A stretch of 64,000 bases of DNA from Escherichia coli (GTDB lineage: Bacteria; Pseudomonadota; Gammaproteobacteria; Enterobacterales; Enterobacteriaceae): the NCBI RefSeq assembly GCF_044647545.1, contig NZ_CP172818.1; one strand, 5' to 3'. A program made the translations under genes and the position numbers. The notes below the pieces were generated by a model. That model made no database searches, was not told where the DNA came from, and saw only the letters and a list, made by a program, of their open reading frames with translations. Below, piece after piece: positions 13,684-23,695 of this stretch (its first letter is position 1; every line of letters begins with the position of its first letter).

Positions 13684-15996
13684 CTATTGCATGACAAATT
13701 TCACTGTCGCTATTTGCCCCACCTCATCCATCACCAGCAATTGATAATCGCCTTTATCCGTCAAATGCAGGGTCACGTTGCGCCCACGTTCAGTTAACGG
13801 TTCGCCGTTCAGAAACCACCAGCGTTCACCTGCCCCTCCACTTGATTGTAACGGCAAAGTCGCTTCCGCTGCGCCCGGTAAACGTTTAATAATCGCGCCA
13901 TCGCGCACACCTGTTAGCTGCAGCGGGAGTTGTGCATCGTGACCGTATGGCGGGCAAATTGTCGAGGCCGGTGGCAAGCGCACAGCGCGACGTTCTGATG
14001 CGGGCAGCCAGGGTTCCAGCGGTAGCGGCCAGACATTTATCATTTCTTGTCGCGCCTGAGGGCAATCAGCGGCAACACGTTTGCCGTTTTCATCCAGCCA
14101 GATGGGGAAACGAATGCCATTAATGCCTTCCTGCTCCGGCAGTAATAGAGTTGGCGGCTGACTCCCGTCCAGCAGCCAGGTTGCCAGGCGGCGGCGACAG
14201 TTACTGTCACCTTCCGGCAAAGACTGTCCGCCCGGCCAGCAGATAACGCCACGACTTACAGAGTCAGGACGTGGGTCTTCCGGCAGATTCGCACTGCGCG
14301 ACAGTAAGATATTATTGACCTGATTCAACAATGGTACGGCGCTGGCAAAGCCAAACTGACCAACAACGGGCGTGCCGTCCGGTCTGCCAGTCCAGATCCC
14401 AATGACATAGCGAGCGTTAACCCCAATCGCCCAGGCATCACGATAGCCATAGCTGGTGCCCGTTTTCCATGCCAGTGGGGCGACGCGCGGCAAGGCACCA
14501 TCCGGCAAGGGTTGCGCTTCATCAGCCATAATCCGGCGAATGATCCACGCAGCCCCCGACGACATTAAAGGCCGTTCAAGCAGCGGATCATCAGGCTGTA
14601 AGCGCAATTTACCTGCCTTGCCGTGGCGAGCAAACGCGGTATACGCTGCCGCCATATTTTCCAGTTTTGCACCAGCGCCGCCGAGAATGAGCGAAAGATT
14701 CGGCGCAGCACCGTTGGGCAAATATAACGGCAATCCAGCATTGCGTAACTTTGCCGCAAACCGTTTCGGTCCATAGGCTTCCAGCACCTGCACAGCAGGT
14801 AAGTTCAGCGATCGCACCAGCGCCTCACTCATGCTGATCGGCCCATGAAAACCGCTGTCAAAGTTGCCAGGTCGGTAATCACCGGTGCGTCGGGGGACGT
14901 CTTGCAACAGCGATGCCGGGTGGATCAAGCCTTCATCCAGCGCCAGACCATAAACAAACGGTTTGAGCACCGATCCTGGCGATCGGATCGCATTGACCAT
15001 ATCAACATGACCAAAGCGTGAATCATCGTTGAGATCAACCGATCCCACCCAGCCGCGAACACGCATATCGGTATGATCAACCACGATCATCGCCAGTGAG
15101 CTGCGCGGTGGCAATCGTCCTTTCCAGTTTTGCGCCAGTTCTTCCAGACGTCGTTGAAGACCGGCATCCAGCGTAGTAACGATTTTGTCGCTTTTGCTTT
15201 TACCGAGCATCATGCGCGAAAACAGCGGTGCCAGTTGCGGCATTTGTCGGGGTGCCAGCCAGATGGGTTCTTCCCTTGACTCTTTTACCTGCTCACGGGA
15301 CCACACACCTTGCACGGCCATCCTTTCGAGCACTTTATTACGCGCGGCTTCGGCACGTTCCGGCCAGCGATCCGGGCGCAGTCGGCTGGGCGCTTGCGGC
15401 AACACCGCCAGCATTGCCGCCTCGGAATAGCTTAAATTCGCAGGCGATTTTCCGAGATAAGCCCAACTTGCCGCACCGATCCCCTGCAACGTACCGCCAA
15501 ACGGAGCGCGGTTAAGATACAAGGTCAGAATTTCACGCTTAGACAGATGCCACTCCAGTTGCAACGCGCGCCAGAGCTGGCGAATTTTGCCGCCAAATGT
15601 TTTGGGGTGAGGATCAAGCAGACGAGCAACCTGCATAGTGAGCGTGCTGCCACCGGAAATAACCCTTCCCGAAGTGAGATCTTGCCATGCTGCGCGCGCC
15701 ACCGAGAATGGATTCACCCCCGGATGCTTCCAGAACCAGCGATCTTCATAATTGATCAGCGCTTCAAGGTAACGTGGAGAAACATCTTCGATTGTTACCG
15801 GATAACGCCAGATGCCTTCCGCATCGGCAAAGCGCCAGAGCGGCGTCCCATCCTGCGCCACAACCACTCGTGCGGGATTGACTTCATGCAGCGGTAGAGG
15901 CCAGAGTTTATCTGCTCCCCACGCTGCAAGAAAAAGGAGAAATGGCGCAGCTGCCAGCGTTATCCAGCAGCCGCGTTTGGTTAACAAGCGAGGCAT
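13684..15996 (-). CDS. pbpC: Penicillin-binding protein 1C (bifunctional glycosyltransferase/transpeptidase family)
   Basis: 770 aa; start codon abuts the yfhM stop, implying co-transcription. Confidence 0.9.
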   Translation of the reverse strand: MPRLLTKRGCWITLAAAPFLLFLAAWGADKLWPLPLHEVNPARVVVAQDGTPLWRFADAEGIWRYPVTIEDVSPRYLEALINYEDRWFWKHPGVNPFSVARAAWQDLTSGRVISGGSTLTMQVARLLDPHPKTFGGKIRQLWRALQLEWHLSKREILTLYLNRAPFGGTLQGIGAASWAYLGKSPANLSYSEAAMLAVLPQAPSRLRPDRWPERAEAARNKVLERMAVQGVWSREQVKESREEPIWLAPRQMPQLAPLFSRMMLGKSKSDKIVTTLDAGLQRRLEELAQNWKGRLPPRSSLAMIVVDHTDMRVRGWVGSVDLNDDSRFGHVDMVNAIRSPGSVLKPFVYGLALDEGLIHPASLLQDVPRRTGDYRPGNFDSGFHGPISMSEALVRSLNLPAVQVLEAYGPKRFAAKLRNAGLPLYLPNGAAPNLSLILGGAGAKLENMAAAYTAFARHGKAGKLRLQPDDPLLERPLMSSGAAWIIRRIMADEAQPLPDGALPRVAPLAWKTGTSYGYRDAWAIGVNARYVIGIWTGRPDGTPVVGQFGFASAVPLLNQVNNILLSRSANLPEDPRPDSVSRGVICWPGGQSLPEGDSNCRRRLATWLLDGSQPPTLLLPEQEGINGIRFPIWLDENGKRVAADCPQARQEMINVWPLPLEPWLPASERRAVRLPPASTICPPYGHDAQLPLQLTGVRDGAIIKRLPGAAEATLPLQSSGGAGERWWFLNGEPLTERGRNVTLHLTDKGDYQLLVMDEVGQIATVKFVMQ

Positions 15997-18900
15997 TTAC
16001 GGTCTGACAATCAGCAAATCTTCAGCCGCGCCGGTCGCCCGCCATTGGGGAACATACATTGATTCCACCATCGGTTGCGGTACCTGATACGTTCCCGGCG
16101 TCACCGCCCGCGCCAGATACACCAGCGTTACCGGTTGGTATTCATCAACGGCAACCGCCGCCACAAAGCGATCGTCACGGAACTCAATGTGCTTAATGCT
16201 CGCCTGCTGCATCTGGTTCAGTAAGTTTTGCACTTCGCCACCACTTTGCTCCAGGCTGGCGCTACCGTTCGCCAGATTCTGGTTTTCCAGTTCCAGACCC
16301 GCAGGCAGCAGATCCACGACTAACGCATCCGGCACGCTGTTACTGGCTTTTACCTGCAACCAGACCAGCACCAGATCGCCGCTACGTAACGAGTCCAGCG
16401 ATTTGCTCTTACCATCAGTACCAAGAATATGACGCTCGATTTGCAGCACATTGTTCGCCGGTAAAGGTGCGGATTGCGGATAACCGCTGGCATCCACACG
16501 CAGCCATAACGGCTGATCGCCACTGTTGGTCACCTGCAAGGTGGCAAGTTGATCACTATTCAGATTGCTGTTTAGCGTTTTCTCGCCTGTCAGCGGCTCA
16601 GCTGAGAAAGAGGTTTGCGCCTGCCATTTACCCGGTAAATCCTGAACCGTACGGGCAGCCAGGAACAACGCGTTACTTTCCTGCGTCGATAGCCAGCGTT
16701 CACCAAACGCCTGCTGCGAAAGCGTATTCAGCAAAGTGTTCTGCTCATCGGGTAGCAGTTTATTTTCTTCCAGCAAGGAGAGCATTAACGCGTTGTCGCG
16801 CAGTGGGCTACCGTAATCACCCAGCCATTTCCGCTCATCATTACGCGGCGTTTTCAGCGCCAGCGCAATTGCTTCTTCACCACGCGTCGCATCACCCATG
16901 GTTTTCAGCGCAACGCCAAGTTGCAGCAGCGGTAAACCAGAAGCGGCATCTGCACGATGCTCCCAGATTTCACGCAGCGCACCCAGTGGAGCTTTTTGCT
17001 GACGGGCCAGCACCAGCGCAGCGTAAGACTGTACGGCGAATTTACTGGCTTTGAGATTATCCGCATACGGAATCGACATCATGCCCGGATCTTGTAAATA
17101 GCGCAGTAGACGCTCATTCCCCCGGTTAATGGCGTCTGTCGGCACGCTGTAACCCTGCTCACCTGCGCGGACCAGGAAATCCATCACGTAAGCCGTCAGC
17201 CAGTACTCTTCATCACCGTTTTTATCCCACAGCGCAAAGCCACCGTTATCACGTTGCATTTGCAGTAAACGAGAAATGCCGATATCGACTGCCGCACGGC
17301 GCTTCTCATCACTGTCGCCTTTGATGCCCAACGCCTGCAGTTGGGCTGCGTTGGTGTAAAGTGACGGGAACAGGCCGCTGGCGGTTTGCTCCAGACAACC
17401 GTACGGATACGCTTTTAACTCTTTGATATAACGTGCAATATTCAACGGTGGTTTGCCGCTCAACAACAATTGCCCTTCCAGCGTAACAGGCGAGAAGTTT
17501 TGCAATCCATCAGCTGGAATCGCCCATGTCTCACCAGGCTGCAACGCCGTACCGTAATTGACCGTTTGTGCCGGGAATGCCGGACGGACGCCGATTTTCC
17601 ACTGTTTATGCTGATCGGCAACGGTTTCCCCCGGTAACGCTAACCCGCTAATGGTGGCCTGAATGTCACCATCGCCAAACCCCGTCAGAGCACGCACCGG
17701 GATAAACAGCGTAGTACGCACCCCTGGCGCTAATTCAACGGCTGCGGGTGAATCGCTGACCAGTTCAAGCAAACCACTGGCGGTCAGGGCAACGTTCAGT
17801 TTTTGCGGTTTATCGGTAAGATTAGTGATATCCAGCGTCAGACGCGAGGTATCGCCACTCGCCATAAAGCGCGGCATGTTCAGTTCAGCAATCACCGGTG
17901 CGGCAACTATCACTTTGCTTTCGTTGCTACCGAAGTCATCTGCCGTCCAGGCTTGCGCCATGACGCGCAATTCACCGTTAAAATCGCCAATCGGCAGTGC
18001 AACCGAGCCTTCGCCCTGTTCGTTGAGCGTTACCGGCAGCGCCTGCTGCGCGACAATATTGACGTGATTGACCGGCGGTTTACCACCACGTTTCAGCTCA
18101 TCACCATCGCCACCGAAACGCAGAGCTGCCAGACGCCCCTGACCTTCAATAACCTGACCGTAAATATCGTAAATGTCTGCGCCATAGCGTTTCTGACCAA
18201 AGAACGCCTGCCACGGATCTGGCGTAACGTAGCCAGTAATATTCAGCACACCACTATCAACGGCAGACACCAGCACATTCACCTGTTTAGGCTTCTCGCC
18301 ATTTTTAGTGCTGGCTTTAATTTTCACGGTTAATGGTTGATTGGGACGCATTTTTGCTGGTGTTTCCAGCGCCAGATCGAGGCGACGGTTTTCATCACCA
18401 AGCGGCAGATGCAACACACCAACCGCGCGTTTTGGCGTCGCGGAGCGAGATTTATCGCCAGGACGCACCACCAGCGTACTCAAATAAAGATCATGACGAT
18501 TCCAGGTTTTATTGACCGGAATCGTCAGATCCAGCCCTTGAGCCGGAACATCAATCTCTTGCCACCACAGCGGCCCTTCACTGGACTCGACCATCGCATA
18601 ACCTTTACCCGCCGTTGGCGCAGCAATATGCAACTTAATGGTATCGCCAGGGCGATAACTGGCTTTATCCAGTTTCAGCGTGACACGGTCGGGTCGCACG
18701 GCACCGCTCCCGTCGCTGTTGTCCTGCCAGCTATAGCCAGCCCAGAAACGCACACTACTGACCGCTTCATTCGGCGCTTTGACTTCCAGACGATAAGCGC
18801 CCCACTCTACCGGGAAACTGACCTTGCCGGTTTCGTCCGCTTTCAGATCCAGAGTTTGTTCATTTTCGATCAGATCTTTTTGATCAAACTGTGACTGCCA

Positions 18901-20955
18901 GCCTTCATCTTCTGACCAGTTCCAGTAGTAATCGCGGCGTTCGCGAATCAGGCGCACCTGCAAGCCCGACACGGCTTTTTTTACGCCTTGCGCATCGCTA
19001 TAAACGATGTCAAAAGCGGCGTTACTGCCTTCATCAACAATGGGCTGTTTCACAGTGCTGTCAGTGCGATAATCGTAAGCCGATTTCGAGGCGAACTGCG
19101 GACGGATCCCCGGCAATGCATCGGCAGGCCAGATAGCCTGCTCAGCGCGGCGCGTCACCGGGCGACCGCCCGATTCCAGCAAACTACCCTGGAAAATAAC
19201 CTGTAATGGGGAATGCGTTTCCTTCCACTGGCTTTCTGTAGAAACTTCGCCACGCCCTTTATCATCCAGCGTCAACTGAACTTCATCCAGCGTGCGGGAA
19301 AGATTTTCGGCAGCTATCTCGCCGAATTCGAAACCAGGTAAGGCTGACACAGCTTCACGCAGTGGGCGCAGGAAAAGTTGCCCTTGCAAAATATTACCAT
19401 TAGCAGGCGCACCATACAGGTAGTACCCCACCACGGAGAATTTCACTTCATCTTTCGGCGTTAGCGGGGTTTTCTCACCGGTCAGATTCAGCGCCATGCG
19501 CTCTGGCATAAAATCTTCGACGTGGAAATCCCACATCCGGTACTGGTTATCGCCCGTGTTAGCGCGAATATGCCACATACCGGTTGCCGCATTGCTATCG
19601 AGTGGCCAGGTAAAGTGGTAGAGGCCATTCTCCGGCTGACTAACGACGCTCCTGAGTACCTGCCCGTCGGGTTTAATCACGTCTAACTTGATGGGTTGAT
19701 CGGGCAATGCTTTACCGTCTGCATCACGCAGCAAACCATTGAGGATGACCGTTTCACCCGGGCGATAAAGATCGCGCGGGCCAAACATGAAAAACTGTTT
19801 GCTATAGCCCGGCGCGCCAGCAATGTTAAATTCCGCTAAGTCCAGCGCCGGGAGTTTTAAATCGAGTAGCGTTGTCTGACCGTCTTTACGCGCCAGCAGT
19901 AATGCCGCATTTTTATCATTTTCCAGCTGCACATGCCCCTGAGCATCACTGGTTGCCTGAGTCAGAGTCTGCCCTTTCTCATTTAATAAAGAGACTTCTA
20001 TTCCTTGCTGGGCCGCGCCGTTTTCCAGACTTTGGGTAAAGATATCCAGACGATTGTGATAACGGTGAGCTGAAACGCCGATATCACTTAACGTAAACAG
20101 CGTCGCGGGATTACTGTAATCGTAACGTCCAGCCTGATTCATCACAGCCAGATACACGCCTGCCTGCTGAAGCGGTTTGATATCGCCCAGCGGCAGCAAT
20201 AATTTTTCACGGGTGTTACGCGCAGGATTGAGATCAAACCGTCCAGTGTAGACCAGATCCGCCATCTGCAGCAGTTTGTCTGACTGCCAGTTCGCCAGCG
20301 AATTGCGGTATTCCCATTGGCTAATGAAAGCGGGCAGTGATTCTGGTTTCACACGGAAGAAGTTAACATCGACATTGTTAACGTTGAGCGCCATTACCGG
20401 CAGCCCTTCAATAACTTTACCAGGTAACAACGAACCACGGCTGGCAAAACCGACGCTGGGTTGGATATCACGGGTAGTTATAGTTTTTTCGTCATCTTTA
20501 CTGAAGGTTGCGTTGTTGAGTGCTTTGACCTCCTTGCCAATAGTGACGATCAAATCACGTTTCGGTTCGAGGTGGCGTAAACGCAACTCTTTAAGATTAT
20601 CTGACAGCTCCCAGGCACCATCCACTTTGCCGCTTTTCTTATCGACGACATGGATAACGCGTGAGAAATCCTGATCCGGGTCGAGAGGAATGGAGAACGT
20701 CAGCACCAGCGTGGCTGCGCCATCAAGTTGAACTTCAGAGAGATCCAGCAATGTCAGCGCCTTACCGGCACTCTGTTGGGCCAGTTTTTGTCGCTCCGGC
20801 GCGGAAAGTTTTGCTGAACTCACGTTTTCTGAAGAGGCCGCTTTAGTAACTTCAGAAGGCGCATCTTTTTTCACCGCTGTTGGCGCGTTATCGTTGTTGT
20901 CGCACCCTGCCAGCGCCAGCATTAGCATGCAGGCGGCTACGCGTAACTTTTTCAT
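15997..20955 (-). CDS. yfhM: Alpha-2-macroglobulin family lipoprotein (ECAM)
   Basis: 1652 aa, MKKLRVAACMLMLALAGCDNN... (lipobox LAGC); very large periplasmic protein. Confidence 0.9.
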   Translation of the reverse strand: MKKLRVAACMLMLALAGCDNNDNAPTAVKKDAPSEVTKAASSENVSSAKLSAPERQKLAQQSAGKALTLLDLSEVQLDGAATLVLTFSIPLDPDQDFSRVIHVVDKKSGKVDGAWELSDNLKELRLRHLEPKRDLIVTIGKEVKALNNATFSKDDEKTITTRDIQPSVGFASRGSLLPGKVIEGLPVMALNVNNVDVNFFRVKPESLPAFISQWEYRNSLANWQSDKLLQMADLVYTGRFDLNPARNTREKLLLPLGDIKPLQQAGVYLAVMNQAGRYDYSNPATLFTLSDIGVSAHRYHNRLDIFTQSLENGAAQQGIEVSLLNEKGQTLTQATSDAQGHVQLENDKNAALLLARKDGQTTLLDLKLPALDLAEFNIAGAPGYSKQFFMFGPRDLYRPGETVILNGLLRDADGKALPDQPIKLDVIKPDGQVLRSVVSQPENGLYHFTWPLDSNAATGMWHIRANTGDNQYRMWDFHVEDFMPERMALNLTGEKTPLTPKDEVKFSVVGYYLYGAPANGNILQGQLFLRPLREAVSALPGFEFGEIAAENLSRTLDEVQLTLDDKGRGEVSTESQWKETHSPLQVIFQGSLLESGGRPVTRRAEQAIWPADALPGIRPQFASKSAYDYRTDSTVKQPIVDEGSNAAFDIVYSDAQGVKKAVSGLQVRLIRERRDYYWNWSEDEGWQSQFDQKDLIENEQTLDLKADETGKVSFPVEWGAYRLEVKAPNEAVSSVRFWAGYSWQDNSDGSGAVRPDRVTLKLDKASYRPGDTIKLHIAAPTAGKGYAMVESSEGPLWWQEIDVPAQGLDLTIPVNKTWNRHDLYLSTLVVRPGDKSRSATPKRAVGVLHLPLGDENRRLDLALETPAKMRPNQPLTVKIKASTKNGEKPKQVNVLVSAVDSGVLNITGYVTPDPWQAFFGQKRYGADIYDIYGQVIEGQGRLAALRFGGDGDELKRGGKPPVNHVNIVAQQALPVTLNEQGEGSVALPIGDFNGELRVMAQAWTADDFGSNESKVIVAAPVIAELNMPRFMASGDTSRLTLDITNLTDKPQKLNVALTASGLLELVSDSPAAVELAPGVRTTLFIPVRALTGFGDGDIQATISGLALPGETVADQHKQWKIGVRPAFPAQTVNYGTALQPGETWAIPADGLQNFSPVTLEGQLLLSGKPPLNIARYIKELKAYPYGCLEQTASGLFPSLYTNAAQLQALGIKGDSDEKRRAAVDIGISRLLQMQRDNGGFALWDKNGDEEYWLTAYVMDFLVRAGEQGYSVPTDAINRGNERLLRYLQDPGMMSIPYADNLKASKFAVQSYAALVLARQQKAPLGALREIWEHRADAASGLPLLQLGVALKTMGDATRGEEAIALALKTPRNDERKWLGDYGSPLRDNALMLSLLEENKLLPDEQNTLLNTLSQQAFGERWLSTQESNALFLAARTVQDLPGKWQAQTSFSAEPLTGEKTLNSNLNSDQLATLQVTNSGDQPLWLRVDASGYPQSAPLPANNVLQIERHILGTDGKSKSLDSLRSGDLVLVWLQVKASNSVPDALVVDLLPAGLELENQNLANGSASLEQSGGEVQNLLNQMQQASIKHIEFRDDRFVAAVAVDEYQPVTLVYLARAVTPGTYQVPQPMVESMYVPQWRATGAAEDLLIVRP

Positions 20956-21161
20956 TTTTCATCCCTGCCACAATGGCCCGTTAGCAACGTCGAATAATTA
21001 TTATGCGTGAGAATTTACGTTATGTAATTCAGTATCACGCCCATACAATCCGAATTTTAGTGAGAATTGTGGCTCAGACAGCCAAATCAGCCTCTTTTGC
21101 TTGTCGCTTTTCACTAAACATCCGACAATTTAGCCTAACCCCGGCAAAAATGGAGATGCCT

Positions 21162-22007
21162 ATGTCCACGACATGGTTTGTAGGAGCCGACTGGCTCGCC
21201 GAACATATTGATGACCCGGAAATTCAGATTATCGATGCCCGCATGGCGTCGCCTGGACAGGAAGATCGTAACGTTGCTCAGGAGTATCTGAATGGACATA
21301 TTCCCGGCGCAGTGTTTTTTGATATCGAAGCGCTTTCTGATCACACTTCCCCGCTTCCGCACATGCTGCCGCGCCCGGAAACGTTCGCCGTGGCGATGCG
21401 TGAGTTAGGCGTTAACCAGGATAAGCACCTGATTGTCTATGACGAAGGTAATCTTTTCTCAGCCCCACGAGCATGGTGGATGCTGCGCACCTTTGGTGTA
21501 GAGAAAGTGTCGATTCTGGGGGGTGGACTTGCAGGCTGGCAGCGCGATGTTCTGCTGTTAGAAGAAGGTGCAGTAGAGCTGCCGGAAGGAGAGTTTAACG
21601 CCACGTTTAATCCTGAAGCCGTGGTGAAAGTCACCGATGTGTTATTGGCAAGCCATGAAAATACGGCGCAAATTATTGATGCCCGCCCGGCTGCACGTTT
21701 TAACGCAGAAGTTGATGAACCTCGCCCAGGTTTACGTCGCGGACATATTCCCGGTGCATTGAACGTTCCGTGGACGGAACTGGTGCGCGAAGGCGAATTA
21801 AAAACGACCGATGAACTGGATGCGATATTTTTTGGTCGCGGCGTCAGCTATGACAAACCGATTATCGTCAGCTGCGGCTCTGGTGTAACGGCAGCCGTGG
21901 TTTTGTTGGCACTCGCGACGCTGGATGTGCCAAACGTGAAACTGTACGACGGCGCATGGAGTGAATGGGGCGCACGGGCAGATTTACCGGTTGAGCCATT
22001 GAAATAA
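21162..22007 (+). CDS. sseA: 3-mercaptopyruvate sulfurtransferase (tandem rhodanese domains)
   Basis: Track ORF 21003..22007 contains MSTTWFVGADWLAEHIDDPEIQIIDARM... after a 53-codon extension; start set to give 281 aa; active-site CGSGVTA present. Confidence 0.9.
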   Translation: MSTTWFVGADWLAEHIDDPEIQIIDARMASPGQEDRNVAQEYLNGHIPGAVFFDIEALSDHTSPLPHMLPRPETFAVAMRELGVNQDKHLIVYDEGNLFSAPRAWWMLRTFGVEKVSILGGGLAGWQRDVLLLEEGAVELPEGEFNATFNPEAVVKVTDVLLASHENTAQIIDARPAARFNAEVDEPRPGLRRGHIPGALNVPWTELVREGELKTTDELDAIFFGRGVSYDKPIIVSCGSGVTAAVVLLALATLDVPNVKLYDGAWSEWGARADLPVEPLK

Positions 22008-22023
22008 GCTTTTTACAGGCAAT

Positions 22024-22053
22024 AAAAAACCGCCGAATTTGGCGGTTTTTTAT
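22024..22053 (+). terminator. Rho-independent terminator downstream of sseA
   Basis: Hairpin AACCGCCGAATTTGGCGGTT followed by a T tract, 17 nt after the sseA stop. Confidence 0.6.
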
Positions 22054-22469
22054 TGCTGGTCTGTTCCCTCAATATACCAAACACCCACGACACAAACTCC
22101 TAACCTCTTTCAACAAAAAATTTCTTTATTATATCCACTGCGGCCCTTTCCGCCAACTTAAAAAATGTTCGGTAATAAAATAACCTGGCTTATTAGTCCG
22201 AATTCGGACAAATATAAACAAATCAGCTCAATATTAAAAATACTAATCGGTAAAAGATATTACTTAAACGTGTAAATTCACTTTCTTTAAACAACAAAAA
22301 ACCGCCAAAATCAGGCGGTTTTTTGTTGCTGGTTTGGTTCGCGGCCTTTCCAGCAGATTGGCTTGTGTTGCATGAGCAACGCAGGTGCTTCACAGCAAAG
22401 CAATACTCGCCAGTAACTCTCTTTTTGTCAAGCGAAAGAGAGTAATCATTGTTTATTTAGCGTATTATC

Positions 22470-22757
22470 GACACCGGCCCTTTCCGCCGTCTCGCAAACG
22501 GGCGCTGGCTTAAGGAAAGGATGTTCCATGGCCGTAAATGCAGGTGTTTCACAGCGCTTGCTATCGCGGCAATATCGCCAGTGGTGCTGTCGTGATGCGG
22601 TCTTCGCATGGACCGCACAATGAAGATACGGAGCTTTTGTATCGTACTTATTGTTTCTGGTGCGCTGTTAACCGAGGTAAATAATAACCGGAGTCTCTCC
22701 GGCAACAATTTATTGGTGGTTAACAACCTTCAGAACAGCAGGTAAGCCCGAATGCCG
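22470..22757 (+). ncRNA. ryfA: RyfA-family small RNA locus; boundaries approximate
   Basis: Position between sseA and sseB matches where ryfA sits in E. coli K-12. Ends at hairpin ATGCCGCCCTTTGGGGCGGCAT plus ATTTT (22731-22757). 5' end not determinable from sequence alone. Confidence 0.35.
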
Positions 22758-22776
22758 CCCTTTGGGGCGGCATATT

Positions 22777-23553
22777 TTAGATTATCCGGTTCTGTTTAAA
22801 GTCACGCAAAAAACCACCCCAGCGACGTTCATAGAATGGCACAATATGTTCGGTAATAAAGTGGCTAATTCCTTTTTCCCCTTTTTTCACCTGACAAATA
22901 TCGATGGGTTCATCGCCAGGTAATGTATCGGTCGCTACACTTCCCGCCGCCTGAATAATTTCTTCGATATCACCATCGGCTTCAATGCCAATAAGTAAAT
23001 TAGGCTGTGCCTCTTTGTTCTCTTTAATTGAACAAATAAAAGCACGCTTCACCGGCTTAATAGTTTTAAATAAGGTGGTGAGAGAATCAATCATTTGTGC
23101 TGGTGGCTCTGCGACTTCCGATAATATCAGCGATTCACCGCCCTCCAGTACTTCCTGGCTGCTCAGCGGATTTCCTTCTTCACCAATCAACAAACTGATT
23201 TCACGCGGCATAAATTCTTTACCGGTTGGCAGTTTGGCATTAAGGAAGAGCGTTTCGCCAAGGGTCATCTCAAACAATGTGCGAACGGGCATTACGACAA
23301 ATGCCTGTTCGTCTTCAACCGCCTGTTGAAGTGCTTCTAACGAGGTAAAAAAAGGAATGACGCTGGTGCCGTCTTCTTTTTCCCAGTGCTGTAAATCAAG
23401 CGCGCTATCTTCAACCACAGCCTCGCCCTGCGCCGCCGTACCCGGCACCCAGACGGTGGATTCCAGTAGAGTACGGAAAAAGGCCGGGCGGTGCGCCGGT
23501 TCGGTTGCTGCTTTTTCCAGCAGGTCTTCAAGTTCATTTTTTGTTTCGGACAT
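22777..23553 (-). CDS. sseB: Enhanced serine sensitivity protein SseB
   Basis: Track ORF 22777..23562 contains MSETKNELEDLLEKAATEPAHRPAFFRTL... after a 3-codon extension; 258 aa. Confidence 0.88.
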   Translation of the reverse strand: MSETKNELEDLLEKAATEPAHRPAFFRTLLESTVWVPGTAAQGEAVVEDSALDLQHWEKEDGTSVIPFFTSLEALQQAVEDEQAFVVMPVRTLFEMTLGETLFLNAKLPTGKEFMPREISLLIGEEGNPLSSQEVLEGGESLILSEVAEPPAQMIDSLTTLFKTIKPVKRAFICSIKENKEAQPNLLIGIEADGDIEEIIQAAGSVATDTLPGDEPIDICQVKKGEKGISHFITEHIVPFYERRWGGFLRDFKQNRII

Positions 23554-23589
23554 AAGAACCACAATTCATTCAACGTTCGGGGCACAAGT

Positions 23590-23688
23590 GCCTGATGCGC
23601 CATACTTATCAGGCCTACAAGGGATTCACAATTTGTTGAATTTGCAATACTTTGTAGGCCGGATATGGCGTTTACGCCGCATCCGGCA
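23590..23688. repeat. REP (repetitive extragenic palindromic) element pair
   Basis: GCCTGATGCGCCATACTTATCAGGCCTAC and GTAGGCCGGATATGGCGTTTACGCCGCATCCGGCA in inverted orientation between sseB and pepB. Confidence 0.7.
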
Positions 23689-23695
23689 TATTAGT

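Noticed and set aside
21003-21161. N-terminal extensions of track ORFs (sseA, guaB, der, pepB, hscA, iscS, hcaR, yphA, yphC, yphG, glrR, purL and others)
   Set aside because: The extensions read through promoter or intergenic DNA and lack the recognisable N-termini; the internal Met (or TTG for glrK) gives the expected protein.
22457-22726. 89-aa minus-strand ORF inside the sseA-sseB intergenic region
   Set aside because: It lies antisense across the ryfA locus, has no ribosome-binding site and an Arg-rich composition; more likely a chance ORF than a gene.
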